Shown: positions 48,928 through 59,114, counted from the stretch's first letter. The stretch: DNA of 64,000 nt from an uncultured Bacillota bacterium (GCA_949283975.1 CASDUK010000002.1:161-64160); one strand, 5' to 3'. Notes: a model not told the origin generated them from the sequence alone. Numbers and translations are program-made.

Positions 48928-50441
48928 TAAATAACCTCAATAAACTTGGTGAAAACCTTTTTAAAGTTTTTGTTAACTTTCATTGCTTCTTTAATCTCAA
49001 AATCTGCATCTTTGTTAACAATTGTTTTAACAATTATTGAGTCTCCCAAAATGTCGCAATTAAGGTCATCAACAGCCCCGCTCTTGCTTGCATCAAGAGC
49101 CGCGGAAAGTTGGATTAAAACACCAACCTTTTTAACAGCAACAGAATCTTCTTCTGTTACCAAACTTGAATATCTAATCCACTCTGAAAGATTGAAATTG
49201 TCAAGGTCTTGAAGTTTGCATGCAAATGCTCCAAGCAAAATTTCTTTCTGAGAAGCCCCTTTAATTTTTGAATTTAAAATAACTTCAAAAGAATTTTTAA
49301 CCGCGTTGTCAAAGTTAATTCTCTTTCCGCAGTCATATAAATAACCTGCAATTCTAAGAGGTTTAATATAGTTCCTTGGAAGTTTGTGAACAACTTTAAG
49401 TTGTTTAAAAACATTAATTGAAAGCTCATAAACTTTGTCGTTGTTTGAATTTGGGCCAGAGAAAAACGCGCTTATGTTTTCCAAACTGTAAATAAACATA
49501 TCGCTAAGCGGACGCTCGTTAATTGCAGGAACTACCGATGTTGAAATCAAACCATCTAAAATTTTGTCTGCACTAATTGAAACTTGTTTTGCGCCAAGGC
49601 TGTCAATAAACAATTTGGCCAAAATTGCCCCTGCAAAAACCCTGTCTGCGCTTTCAGAACTAATTCCCTTAATTTTTTTTGTGCTATCAAGCCCAAGACC
49701 TTCAACCAAAGAATAGACGCTATTAAAATTTTCAAGTGAAAGAACATAGTTGTTTTCCATTTCAAGCGGATATCTTGTTGCCTTTCTTGCAATTTTCCCA
49801 ATTGAAAGCATTGTGCTTCCGCTTGTTAAAATTTCCGTTTCCGCGTCAATTGATTTTACAAAATCTGCTTTGGAAAAATATGAATTAAACAGGTTTGAAA
49901 TTTCCTGTTTTTTTTCTTGAATGTTGCCCTCTGAATTCAAAATTTTTGCAACTTGAAAAACCCCAAATGGGAAAATAACAGAATTTAAAATGTTCCTCCT
50001 GTTAAAGCTTAAAAGATAGCAAAACCTTGAACCAACATAGAAATAAACGCCCTTTTGAACATCGCTTGAGTTAACCGCGCCAATAAAAGTGTTTTTCATT
50101 TCATCTTCACGGGTTAAAATGTTTAGCAAAAAGCCGCAAGTGTTATATATTTCTTCAGAAATGCTCTTGTTGTTTTTTGCCTCAGCAAAAAAACTTCCCG
50201 AATAGGAATAGATTTCTGTTATGGAATTATTATCGCAAATTCTGCGATACATTTTTAAAATCTTCAAAAGATCTTTTATTAAAACTGGCCTTAAAATTCC
50301 GTTCTTGTCAATGTCTTCAACAAGCGGAATTGAATCTGAAAAAACATCAACAATGTTGAAATATAAGTTATCTTTACATTCAATCAAAACTAAATTAACA
50401 TTTTCATGATCAATTTGAATAATTGCCTTCTTTGTCGTCAT
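48927..50441 (-). CDS. Ppx/GppA family protein (divergent)
   Basis: About 500 aa; RYPL..NY, GISSESAD...AG, HD-like C-terminal domain (LYDCGKRIN); start placed at the ATG at 50441. Confidence 0.78.
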   Translation of the reverse strand: MTTKKAIIQIDHENVNLVLIECKDNLYFNIVDVFSDSIPLVEDIDKNGILRPVLIKDLLKILKMYRRICDNNSITEIYSYSGSFFAEAKNNKSISEEIYNTCGFLLNILTREDEMKNTFIGAVNSSDVQKGVYFYVGSRFCYLLSFNRRNILNSVIFPFGVFQVAKILNSEGNIQEKKQEISNLFNSYFSKADFVKSIDAETEILTSGSTMLSIGKIARKATRYPLEMENNYVLSLENFNSVYSLVEGLGLDSTKKIKGISSESADRVFAGAILAKLFIDSLGAKQVSISADKILDGLISTSVVPAINERPLSDMFIYSLENISAFFSGPNSNNDKVYELSINVFKQLKVVHKLPRNYIKPLRIAGYLYDCGKRINFDNAVKNSFEVILNSKIKGASQKEILLGAFACKLQDLDNFNLSEWIRYSSLVTEEDSVAVKKVGVLIQLSAALDASKSGAVDDLNCDILGDSIIVKTIVNKDADFEIKEAMKVNKNFKKVFTKFIEVI

Positions 50442-50448
50442 ATTTCTC

Positions 50449-50619
50449 CTAATCCTCAATTTTAATTGCGCCAACTGGGCACATTCCCTCGCAAGAATGA
50501 CACTTAATACACTTGTTAGGATCTATGTGGGCCTTTCCGTCATTACCCCAAGAAATTGCGTTAACTGGGCAAATATCGATGCATGTTCCACAAGATATAC
50601 ACTTATTTTTATCTACCAT
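50449..50619 (-). CDS. 2x[4Fe-4S] ferredoxin (56 aa, absent from the ORF track)
   Basis: Translated by hand: MVDKNKCISCGTCIDICPVNAISWGNDGKAHIDPNKCIKCHSCEGMCPVGAIKIED; AGGAG RBS. Confidence 0.93.
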   Translation of the reverse strand: MVDKNKCISCGTCIDICPVNAISWGNDGKAHIDPNKCIKCHSCEGMCPVGAIKIED

Positions 50620-50689
50620 AAATTTCTCCTATGCTACGCTTGAATTTTAGCATAGAATAAAAATTTTGTAAAGCAAACTGAGGGCTATT

Positions 50690-51058
50690 TTAGTTTTTTT
50701 CAAAAATTAAACAGCAAATTTCATAAACTGCAATCAAAATTAGATATGAACCAAAAAGCATTCTTAAAATTTCGTTGTCAAGCGTGCTTGCCAGAAAAGC
50801 AAAGCCAACAGAAGAGGCAACTCCTGGAATAATAATCCAAAGAATTCCCTTTGTTTCAACCATCTTGTTTTTAAAATGGATAATAAGCGCAACAATTGCC
50901 ATTGGCAAGAAGGCAAGAAGGTTAATTCCTTGGGCAACCTTTTGTTCAACGGCCAAAAAAATTGTTAAAAGCGGAATTAAAAGCGTTCCCCCGCCCATTC
51001 CCATTCCGCCGAGGATTCCGCCAATAATTCCAAAAACTATATAAAGAGCAATTTCCAT
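50690..51058 (-). CDS. TauE/SafE (TSUP) family half-size membrane protein
   Basis: GGMGMGGGTLLIP, QKVAQGINL. Confidence 0.87.
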   Translation of the reverse strand: MEIALYIVFGIIGGILGGMGMGGGTLLIPLLTIFLAVEQKVAQGINLLAFLPMAIVALIIHFKNKMVETKGILWIIIPGVASSVGFAFLASTLDNEILRMLFGSYLILIAVYEICCLIFEKN

Positions 51059-51067
51059 AAACCCACC

Positions 51068-51436
51068 TTAAATTAAAAGCCTAACGCCGGCGGCAAGAAC
51101 AACAAGAATGAAAACAATTCTAACAATTTTCCCGTTGAGTTTTGAAAGCAGAAATGCGCCAAGTGCTCCGCCCAAAACAAACCCTCCGCCAACAAATCCA
51201 AACATTGGCCAATCTATTCTAACTTTTATTACATAGACAATAATTGAAAAGAGTGCAATTGGAAGCATAACGGCAAGCGCAGTTGAATGGGATTTTTTAT
51301 TATCGACATTTAAAACCTTTTCAAGAAGTGGAACGCAAATCATTCCACCTCCGCCCCCGAAAAAACCATTTGCAATTCCAATTGCAAATCCGCTTAAAAT
51401 TAAAACAACTTTATCCTTAAACTTTTTCATAATCAA
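51068..51436 (-). CDS. TauE/SafE (TSUP) family half-size membrane protein
   Basis: NGFFGGGGGMICVP, SHSTALAVMLP. Confidence 0.87.
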   Translation of the reverse strand: MIMKKFKDKVVLILSGFAIGIANGFFGGGGGMICVPLLEKVLNVDNKKSHSTALAVMLPIALFSIIVYVIKVRIDWPMFGFVGGGFVLGGALGAFLLSKLNGKIVRIVFILVVLAAGVRLLI

Positions 51437-51532
51437 AACTTATTATCTTGAATTTTTAAATTTTTATTAAATTGCTTTGTAATTTTTTAAAAGTTAAGTA
51501 TACTAATTTGGAATTATTTAAAAAGGTGGAAT

Positions 51533-53572
51533 ATGACAACAAAAAAATCTTTTACAAAACTTATAATTTGCTTGCTTTTGATCCTTGCGCTTTTTCCAAT
51601 TGGATATGCAACAACACTTTATGCAGCAGATGATGACAAAGAGAAAATTGAATTTTCAATTGAGGATTTAATCAATCAAAACGGAGAAGGCTCTGAAAAC
51701 AGCCAAGAACTAACCTCTGGCCTTGGGCTAAACCTAAACTTTGAAAGCAATTCAAAAGATGGCTGGACAATTCCAAATTTTGCTGGAACAGAAATTGTTC
51801 AAGCTGGTGTTGGAGATTTTACTAGCGAAGACGGAATTTTTACTTATGGAGGAGAAAGCATAACCGGAGTTTCAATTGGAACAGACGGAACTGAAGGAAA
51901 CAAATTTGGCCTTGTTTTCTATTTAAACGATAAGGGAATTGCTGGAATTGAAAGCCCAGAGTTAACAATCCCCGCCCATGCATACTATGTTTTAACTTTC
52001 AATGTTAAAGTTGCAGAGCTTGGAAACAGCGGAACAAACTATGGAATAAACGCAAAGCTGGTCAACCAAGCAACCGGCGATGTTATAGCCATGAATGCAA
52101 TTAAAACAGAATCTGAAGATTATGTAACCTATGCTTTCTTAATTCAAGGAAACGAGTTTAGCGAAACAAAAGTTAAACTCCAACTTCTCTTCGGAAACGC
52201 AGTTGAAACAGACGGCGTAACAACGAAAAGCGAACAAATTGGCTATGCTGCGGTTGATACAATTAGGCTTTTCAGCGTAACATATGAACAATTTATCAAC
52301 TTAACAGAAGACGACAACGCCAAACAAGTTTCCTATCTAACCCAAAACAGCAACTATGTTTTTATTGATAACGGATATTTTAACATAACAGAAAACCAAA
52401 ATTGGAACATAGATAACTACACTACTCTTTCCGACCTTCGCCCACTTAACTGGGCTCAAAGCCAAGCCGGCGGCGAAACAGATTGGGGAATTATCAACAC
52501 AAATAAAACAATTTTTGAAACAATAATAAAAAATCTTGGGCTTTCTGCAACAAACCCAAAGAATGCAGACGGCTCGAGCATAGAAAATTCAAACAACAAT
52601 GTTTTAATGTTAACCAATCTAAACGGCCATCAAACAATTACAAGTTCTGAAATTGTTCTAACAAAAAACAAATATTACGAAATTCAATTTAAATTTAACA
52701 CCCAAGCAACAAAGGATCAAACAAACCCATTAAGCTTTTATATAGTTGATTCCAATGACAGAACAATCTATTCAAAAGAAAACGTCTTTTCCTATGTTGA
52801 ATACAGCGAGAACAGCAACGAATGGGCAACCTTCCACGCCTTTATAAAAATTGACGGAACGGACAAAAAAGTTAACTTTATAATTGAATTTGGAACGGAA
52901 GAAAATCCAACAACCGGTGTTGTGTTTATTGACGATGTCCGTTTGATAACAAAATCAAGCGCCTCAGCTGTTTTTGTTAACAACGAAGAAAACAAATATT
53001 TGTTAAAGGCAGAAGAAGGCCAAACAGAGGCCGAATATCTTCCAACCGGCGCAATAACTTTTGACGATCTTTTAAATTTAGATCAAACTTCTGAAACAAA
53101 CAGAAACCTTGTTGCTTTTACTTATGATGTTCCAGAAGAAACGCCAACCGATGACCCAGAGGAAGATAAAGACGATGACGAAACGCCGGCGGCCGACCCC
53201 TCAATTGCATGGTATATTGTCCCCTCAATATTGCTTGCTGTTGCTTTAATTGCCGGAATTGTGTTATATTATGTTAAGAAAATTAAAATTAAAAAGCCAA
53301 GAAAAAAATCTAAAAACCAATATGACCGAAACAAAACTTTAAACAAACAAGTTGAAAAGCGCGAGCGCGAACAAAAGGCGCTTGAAAAACAAAATCTTGA
53401 TGCCCAGCTTGAGCAAGTTAGAAGTGAAATTAAATCTCTTGAAGAAAAATATGAAAGTTCTAAAAAAGCAAAAACCAACATGAAAGATTTAAAAGCATAT
53501 CTTGCAAAGCGCCAAAAACTTCAAAACAAAGAGGCAACGCTTTTAGAGCAAATTGAAAAATTGTCTAAATAA
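51533..53572 (+). CDS. Large exported beta-rich protein with a C-terminal TM anchor and cytoplasmic coiled coil
   Basis: Signal peptide, two jelly-roll-like segments ending AVDTIRL / FIDDVRL, acidic linker, TM (WYIVPSILLAVALIAGIVLYY), K/E-rich tail. Confidence 0.75.
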   Translation: MTTKKSFTKLIICLLLILALFPIGYATTLYAADDDKEKIEFSIEDLINQNGEGSENSQELTSGLGLNLNFESNSKDGWTIPNFAGTEIVQAGVGDFTSEDGIFTYGGESITGVSIGTDGTEGNKFGLVFYLNDKGIAGIESPELTIPAHAYYVLTFNVKVAELGNSGTNYGINAKLVNQATGDVIAMNAIKTESEDYVTYAFLIQGNEFSETKVKLQLLFGNAVETDGVTTKSEQIGYAAVDTIRLFSVTYEQFINLTEDDNAKQVSYLTQNSNYVFIDNGYFNITENQNWNIDNYTTLSDLRPLNWAQSQAGGETDWGIINTNKTIFETIIKNLGLSATNPKNADGSSIENSNNNVLMLTNLNGHQTITSSEIVLTKNKYYEIQFKFNTQATKDQTNPLSFYIVDSNDRTIYSKENVFSYVEYSENSNEWATFHAFIKIDGTDKKVNFIIEFGTEENPTTGVVFIDDVRLITKSSASAVFVNNEENKYLLKAEEGQTEAEYLPTGAITFDDLLNLDQTSETNRNLVAFTYDVPEETPTDDPEEDKDDDETPAADPSIAWYIVPSILLAVALIAGIVLYYVKKIKIKKPRKKSKNQYDRNKTLNKQVEKREREQKALEKQNLDAQLEQVRSEIKSLEEKYESSKKAKTNMKDLKAYLAKRQKLQNKEATLLEQIEKLSK

Positions 53573-53581
53573 TCTAAATGA

Positions 53582-53610
53582 AACCCGCCAGCACTGCTGG
53601 CGGGTTCTTT
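53582..53610 (+). terminator. Intrinsic terminator
   Basis: AACCCGCCAGCA-C-TGCTGGCGGGTT followed by CTTT. Confidence 0.75.
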
Positions 53611-53935
53611 AAATAAAAATTTATTATGTTGCAAAAAATTAAAAAGAAATTTTGCCGCTAACAGTTTTTCTTGTTTATTTATAAAATTTTTTATGAAAAA
53701 TTAAACATTTTCTTTGCCTCGTTAATTTGGCAAGATTGTTATTTTGGAAATTTTATTTAATTTGTTGCCGCAAAATAAAAAGAATTCCGATAAAATTTTG
53801 TTCTTTGCTCTACGCCTCTTTATTCTAACAATCTTTTGTTTTATTGAGCAAAACCTTCCTGTTATCATAAAAATTATCTATATCGCAAAGAAAAAGAGCA
53901 TCCCTGCCCTTTCCCCTTAAAATGTTCCGTTTTAT

Positions 53936-56125
53936 TTACGCCGGCTTTGTTGTTGAATATGTCCCCGCCCCGCTGAAACTTGTAACTGGGGTTGGGTCGT
54001 TGTTCTTATACCATGTTCCGCTTGGGAAAGTTGTTGAGGTTAAATCCCCAAGAACTTCAATTTCGGTTAGGTGTGTTAACCTGTCAAACAGATCGCTTGG
54101 AAGGGTTGAAACATCTTTTCCCAGCGTTAGTTTTGTTAGATTATCGCAACCAACAAAAATACCCCCATACCAATCAAGATTTGTAATATTTCCGTTGATT
54201 GTTATTTCGGTTAAACTGCTACAATTTTGAAAAGCCGCAAAGCCAATTGAGGTAACTCCTTCCGGAATTGTTATTGAGGTTAAACTATCGCAACCATAGA
54301 AAACATAATCGCCAATTTCTGTCACTCCTTCTGGGATTGAGATTGAGGTTAAACTATCGCAACCATAGAAAGCAGAATTGCCAATTTCTGTCACTCCTTC
54401 TGGGATTGTTATTTCGGTTAAACTGCTGCAATTTTGGAAAGCCCCATAGCCAATTGATGTTACTCCTTCTGGGATTTTTATTGAGGTTAAACCTCTGCAA
54501 CTAGAGAAAGCACTATCGCCAATTTCTGTTGTTCCATCTCTAATTGTTACGCTTGTTAAGGAATCTCTAGAAACTGAAAGCGCTATGGCGATGTTTTCTC
54601 CTGTTTGCCCATTTACATAGTATTGAACATCATCTACAATTTCAATTCTTACAACCGCCTCTTCTCCGCTTGAAACTACTTCTTTTGCATAATATCCAAC
54701 TTTGCCATAATCAGAAGAACCTGCCGTTATGTTTAAACTTGAATTGTTATAAACTATTGCTAATTTAGAACAATTTTGAAAAGCAGAACTGCCAATTGAG
54801 GTCAACGTGGTTGGAAGGGTTACTGAGGTTAAAATGTAGCATTGAAGAAAAGCATCCTTGCCAATTGAAGTCACTCCTTCTGGAATTGTTATTGAAGTTA
54901 AACTGGTGCAGTCTCCGAAAGCCCTTTCGCCAATTGAAGTTAAAGTGCTTGGAAGAGACACTGAGGTTAAACGGCTGCAACCAGAGAAAACATAATCGCC
55001 AATTGAGGTCACTCCTACTGGGATTGTGTATGAAGTTGCTGTGTTTGCTACCGCATATGCCAAAAGAGTTTTTCCGCCGTCTACAAGAAGCGCGCGGCTC
55101 TTGTCAATTGTGTAATAGTCGTTGCCTTCTCCATAGAAAGCCTCTAAACTGCTGCAACCATAGAAAGCATTATAGCCAATTGAGGTCACGCCTTCTGGAA
55201 TTGTTATTGAAGTTAAAGCGGTGCAATGAGCGAAAGCCCATTCGCCAATTGAGGTCACACTTTCTGGGATTGTTATTTCAATTAATTTCCCGCAAAGATT
55301 GAAAGCATAATCACCAATTGAAGTCACTCCTTCTGGGATTGTTATTGTGGTTAAACTGCCGCATTGAGCGAAAGCCCATTCACTAATTAAGGTCACTCCT
55401 TCTGGGATTATTATTGAGGTTATGCCGCAACTAAGGAAAGCATGACTGCCAATTGATGTCAATGTGCTTGGAAGAGAAACTGAGGTTAAACTGGTGCAAT
55501 AATAGAAAGCAGAATTGCCAATTTTTGTCACTCCTTCTGGAATGGTTATTGAGGTTAAACTGGTGCAGTCTCGGAAAGCAAAATCACCAATTGAGAAAAC
55601 CTTGTAAGAGTTTCCCTTGCTTTCAACAACGGAAGAAATTTCCAGCGCGCCGGAAAGATCGGTTGAAGTTGTGTCTGTTACGCTTGCAAGTTTTGCGTCG
55701 CTATAGAAGATGTAAGTTAAATCTCCAACTGTTTGGTAGGTTAAGGTTGATTTGTTAAAGAGGGCGTAATAGTCTTTTGGAGAACTCTCCAAAAACTCAA
55801 AGGAATATGTTGCGGAAGTTGAAACAATTTCCATTTCCTTTGGGTCGGTTGAGGTTGCCCAGGCGATGAACGTGCTATTAGAGCTGGACGACGGCGTTGC
55901 GGTTAGGGTTACCGTTTCTCCAATTGTGTAATCCCCAGAGCCGGTTGTTGAGCCCAAATCTGAATCGTTTGGCGAAACCATAACAACTGGCCTAGGAACG
56001 TCATAACTCAAAGTTCCCTTTAAGTTTAATTTTTCGCTTGGGGCGGCAAAGGCAAAGCCAACGCAAACCGCGGCAAGAAGAGCAAAGCAAATTGCAAGAA
56101 TTGAAATTTTAATTTTAAGGCTCAT
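53936..56125 (-). CDS. Secreted BspA-type leucine-rich repeat surface protein, copy 2
   Basis: 729 aa. First 41 and last 26 residues identical to copy 1. About 17 LRR units in three blocks separated by two non-LRR inserts. Confidence 0.92.
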   Translation of the reverse strand: MSLKIKISILAICFALLAAVCVGFAFAAPSEKLNLKGTLSYDVPRPVVMVSPNDSDLGSTTGSGDYTIGETVTLTATPSSSSNSTFIAWATSTDPKEMEIVSTSATYSFEFLESSPKDYYALFNKSTLTYQTVGDLTYIFYSDAKLASVTDTTSTDLSGALEISSVVESKGNSYKVFSIGDFAFRDCTSLTSITIPEGVTKIGNSAFYYCTSLTSVSLPSTLTSIGSHAFLSCGITSIIIPEGVTLISEWAFAQCGSLTTITIPEGVTSIGDYAFNLCGKLIEITIPESVTSIGEWAFAHCTALTSITIPEGVTSIGYNAFYGCSSLEAFYGEGNDYYTIDKSRALLVDGGKTLLAYAVANTATSYTIPVGVTSIGDYVFSGCSRLTSVSLPSTLTSIGERAFGDCTSLTSITIPEGVTSIGKDAFLQCYILTSVTLPTTLTSIGSSAFQNCSKLAIVYNNSSLNITAGSSDYGKVGYYAKEVVSSGEEAVVRIEIVDDVQYYVNGQTGENIAIALSVSRDSLTSVTIRDGTTEIGDSAFSSCRGLTSIKIPEGVTSIGYGAFQNCSSLTEITIPEGVTEIGNSAFYGCDSLTSISIPEGVTEIGDYVFYGCDSLTSITIPEGVTSIGFAAFQNCSSLTEITINGNITNLDWYGGIFVGCDNLTKLTLGKDVSTLPSDLFDRLTHLTEIEVLGDLTSTTFPSGTWYKNNDPTPVTSFSGAGTYSTTKPA

Positions 56126-56244
56126 AATTTTTTCTCCCTTTCTCTTATATTTTGTATTTTACCACTTATTATTTAAAACATATTGACGGTTGCCCGTAAA
56201 CAAGCGTTTTTTTGCTAGGCAAAGCCTGTTTTGCCCGTTTTTTT

Positions 56245-56410
56245 AGGTTTTCTCCCGCTTTAGCCGTAACAAATTGCTTTCCGCTTTGAGGTTTATAAAC
56301 CCAAAACCAAACAATTTAGGCCGCCTGCTAAAGCCAAGTTTTCTCTTCCGTTTTAGCCAAAGCAAATTGCTTTCTGCTTTAAGGTTTGAAAACCTTAAAT
56401 CAACCTAAGG
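56245..56410. repeat. Imperfect tandem duplication (about 90 bp period) in the copy 2 leader
   Basis: Unit gttttct..ccg.tttagcc..a.caaattgctttc.gcttt.aggttt..aaacc starts at about 56245 and about 56336; single unit in copy 1 (about 2042-2110). Confidence 0.8.
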
Positions 56411-56480
56411 GGTTTAGCCTCGCCAGCGACCGCCAAAGGGCGTTTCCACCCAAAAAAACTTTTCGTGGCTTTACATACCT

Positions 56481-56502
56481 ATTGTACCCCCCACCCTGTC
56501 AA
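56481..56502 (-). promoter_or_regulatory. Homolog of the G-tract promoter with the spacer collapsed to 10 bp
   Basis: Minus strand TTGACA-GGGTGGGGGG-TACAAT. Confidence 0.6.
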
Positions 56503-56632
56503 GTTTTTTGAGGCATTTTTTGAATTTTTTTTAAAATTTAGCCCTTTTTTTCCTTTCTCCCCCGCTTTTTTCGGGGTTGGGGGCAGAAGGAAGGGAATTT
56601 TTTATTATAACCGTTGTAAAAAAAGCGCTATT

Positions 56633-56658
56633 AAAAAATCCGCCAAAATGGCGGATTT
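56633..56658 (-). terminator. Intrinsic terminator of ftsA-ftsZ
   Basis: AAATCCGCCA-AAA-TGGCGGATTT with an adjacent A-run. Confidence 0.75.
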
Positions 56659-56679
56659 AATTTCTTAATTTTTATGTAA

Positions 56680-57873
56680 CTATCTATCTCTTTTAATTTT
56701 CCTAAGGAATGGCGGAATGTCTGCCTCCTTGATTGAAATTCTTGATGTTGGAGCTTCAACAGGCCTCTCTGGCGCTCTTTCAACCGGGGTTTCAACTTGC
56801 CTTCTAACACCCAAATCAATTGCCTCGCTTTGAGCATATTGGTCATACTTCTTCTTGTCAAACCCGCCATATGCTTCAACTTCTTCGCGCGCCTTCTCAA
56901 CCTCTTCTGGTTCTTCTTCTGGAAGGGCTTTAAAGCCGGTTGCAATAATTGTTATTTCAACCTCGTCGCTCATTGCTTCATCAATTGCAGCGCCGAAAAT
57001 TATGTTACTTTCTTGGTCAACAACTTCTTTAACAAGGTCAACCGCTTCATAAACTTCGTCAAGCGGCAAATCGTTTCCGCCTTTAACATTGATTAAAACA
57101 CCTGTTGCGCCCTCAATTGTTGTTTCCAAAAGCGGGCTTGAAACAGCCTGTCTAACAGCTTCAATTGTTTTATTTTCGCCCGTTCCGCGGCCAATTCCCA
57201 TGTGGGCAAGCCCCTTGTTTTTCATAATTGATCTAACATCTGCAAAATCCAAATTGATTAAACTTGGGGTAACAATCAAATCTGAAATCCCTTGAATTCC
57301 CTGACGCAAAACATCGTCTGCATATCTAAACGCCTCAACAATTGGCGTTCCTTTTGGAACAAGCTTTAAAAGCTTGTCGTTTGGAATTACAACAAGTGTG
57401 TCAACATATTTGCTAAGATTTTCAAGGCCAAGCTCTGCATTTTCCATTCTCTTTCTTCCCTCGAAATTGAACGGTTTTGTTACAACGGCAATTGTTAAAA
57501 TTCCCATTTCCTTTGCAATTTGAGCAACAACTGGCGCAGCGCCTGTTCCTGTTCCTCCGCCCATTCCCGCGGTTATGAAAACAAGGTCGGAATCCTTTAA
57601 CATTTCTGTTATGCTTGCCTTAGATTCTTCAGCAGCTTTTTGGCCAACTTCTGGGTCTGCGCCCGCTCCAAGCCCACGCGTTAATTTTTCGCCAATTTGA
57701 AGGCGCAAGTCTGCCTTGCTCATTAAAAGAGCTTGTTTATCCGTGTTAATTGCAACAAACTGGGCGCTTGTTATGTTTGCGTTAATCATTCTGTTAACTG
57801 CGTTATTTCCGCCTCCGCCAATTCCAACAACTTTAATGTTTGCAACTGGTCCAATGCTGCTTTCTGAATACAT
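56680..57873 (-). CDS. ftsZ: Cell division protein FtsZ
   Basis: [29 protein letters not shown]-terminal DIPPFLRK. Confidence 0.98.
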   Translation of the reverse strand: MYSESSIGPVANIKVVGIGGGGNNAVNRMINANITSAQFVAINTDKQALLMSKADLRLQIGEKLTRGLGAGADPEVGQKAAEESKASITEMLKDSDLVFITAGMGGGTGTGAAPVVAQIAKEMGILTIAVVTKPFNFEGRKRMENAELGLENLSKYVDTLVVIPNDKLLKLVPKGTPIVEAFRYADDVLRQGIQGISDLIVTPSLINLDFADVRSIMKNKGLAHMGIGRGTGENKTIEAVRQAVSSPLLETTIEGATGVLINVKGGNDLPLDEVYEAVDLVKEVVDQESNIIFGAAIDEAMSDEVEITIIATGFKALPEEEPEEVEKAREEVEAYGGFDKKKYDQYAQSEAIDLGVRRQVETPVERAPERPVEAPTSRISIKEADIPPFLRKIKRDR

Positions 57874-57884
57874 ATTACTTCTCC

Positions 57885-59039
57885 TTATTTAAAAAATTTA
57901 GTAAACCAATTTTTTGCTTGATTCTGTTTTTTTAGCGCTTCGCTTAAAACGCTTATTGAACTTGAGAAATGTGGTTTAGCAAAGGCAGGAATATTGGGGG
58001 CAAGAATTTTAATTTCTTTTCCCAAACATTCTTCAAGATATTCTCTACCTCCAGTTATATACGAAAGTCCGCCTCCTGTCAAGTAAACTTGGGCATTTTC
58101 CAAATTTTGTTCCGAAATTTTCTGAAAGCACCTTTTTATTAAAGATGCAAACATTTCAATTCTTTCTCTAACTATTTCATTTGCAGAAACAATTGGCACA
58201 AGCAAAACTTGATTTTCAACATTAACTTCATAATTTCCCACCTTTTTTGAATTCACACTTAAAACTATTTCATTTTTTAATTTTTCTGCTTCAGAAAAAC
58301 TAATGTCAAACGCCTCGCAAAAATCTCCGCTTATGTGCGCGCCGCCCAGCGAAAATGAATTTAAGCCCGCTAGCCCCTCGCCCAAAACGCCGCTTACGCT
58401 TGTTGTTATGTAACCAACATCAACAACAACCGCGCCCCTTTGCCTTTCAACTTGGTCAAGCAAAAAATCTGACTGAGCAAGCGGAGCTGAAATGTATTCA
58501 ACAGAAACAATTCCTGCCTCTCCCAAAACCTGATTAAAAGTTGAAATAAAAGAATTTTCAACATAAATCAAACTAACTTTTGCGCGAAGTTTGTTGCTCT
58601 TTTGTTTTTCAACATCAAAAATCTTTCGCCCATCGTCAAGTTTAAACCAAAGTGTTCTGCAAGAGAGCAATGTTTTTGTTTTCATAAGCTCTTTGTTTAG
58701 CGCTTTTGAATATAGATAGGAAACATCTTCTTCTCCAATCGTAACCCGTTTTTTAAAGTTTGTTTCAACTTCTGTGCAATCACAAAAAGAAAACTCAGCC
58801 GGAACACCAACAAAAATTGCCTCAATTTTCATGCCCGCCTGTTTCTCTGCATTTGAAATTGCAAGCGCAGCAGCATATTTTAGGTTTTCTGGCTCTAAAA
58901 ATTCGCCCTCAGCAAAACCGGCATATTCGCTTTCGCCAACGCCTTTAATGATAAAGGAATTGTTAACGCCGCTTTGGCCAATTAAAACGCTTATTTTAGA
59001 CGAACCAACATCCATTATTGCTGCGCATTTCTTTGGCAT
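57885..59039 (-). CDS. ftsA: Cell division protein FtsA
   Basis: [34 protein letters not shown]; directly upstream of ftsZ. Confidence 0.88.
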   Translation of the reverse strand: MPKKCAAIMDVGSSKISVLIGQSGVNNSFIIKGVGESEYAGFAEGEFLEPENLKYAAALAISNAEKQAGMKIEAIFVGVPAEFSFCDCTEVETNFKKRVTIGEEDVSYLYSKALNKELMKTKTLLSCRTLWFKLDDGRKIFDVEKQKSNKLRAKVSLIYVENSFISTFNQVLGEAGIVSVEYISAPLAQSDFLLDQVERQRGAVVVDVGYITTSVSGVLGEGLAGLNSFSLGGAHISGDFCEAFDISFSEAEKLKNEIVLSVNSKKVGNYEVNVENQVLLVPIVSANEIVRERIEMFASLIKRCFQKISEQNLENAQVYLTGGGLSYITGGREYLEECLGKEIKILAPNIPAFAKPHFSSSISVLSEALKKQNQAKNWFTKFFK

Positions 59040-59114
59040 TTCTAACTTTTTCTCCTTAGTTACTCAAAGAAAAATTGATTCTATGTAAATGCATAAATAA
59101 CCAATTTTTTTATA

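Larger units (their letters stand above)
53906..56593 (-). repeat. LRR cassette copy 2 (dispersed repeat with 62-2303)
   Basis: Same conserved 3' end, 5' coding end and upstream region as copy 1. Confidence 0.9.

Noticed and set aside
50690-51436. Split TauE gene as a frameshifted pseudogene
   Set aside because: Both halves are equal-length complete ORFs, each with its own start and Gly-rich motif; paired half-size TSUP genes are a recognised arrangement in clostridia.
53610-53905. Possible ncRNA or gene remnant in the 300-bp gap before LRR copy 2
   Set aside because: AT-rich with only scattered ttgcc motifs; no ORF, tRNA fold or convincing stable structure seen.
54180-55600. CRISPR-like array suggested by regularly spaced conserved motifs
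   Set aside because: The period is 69 bp (23 codons), in frame inside an LRR ORF; the repeats are degenerate and no cas genes are present.
56631-56945. 104-aa alternate-frame ORF overlapping the ftsZ 3' end
   Set aside because: Lies in the variable FtsZ linker region, has no RBS and runs through the terminator.
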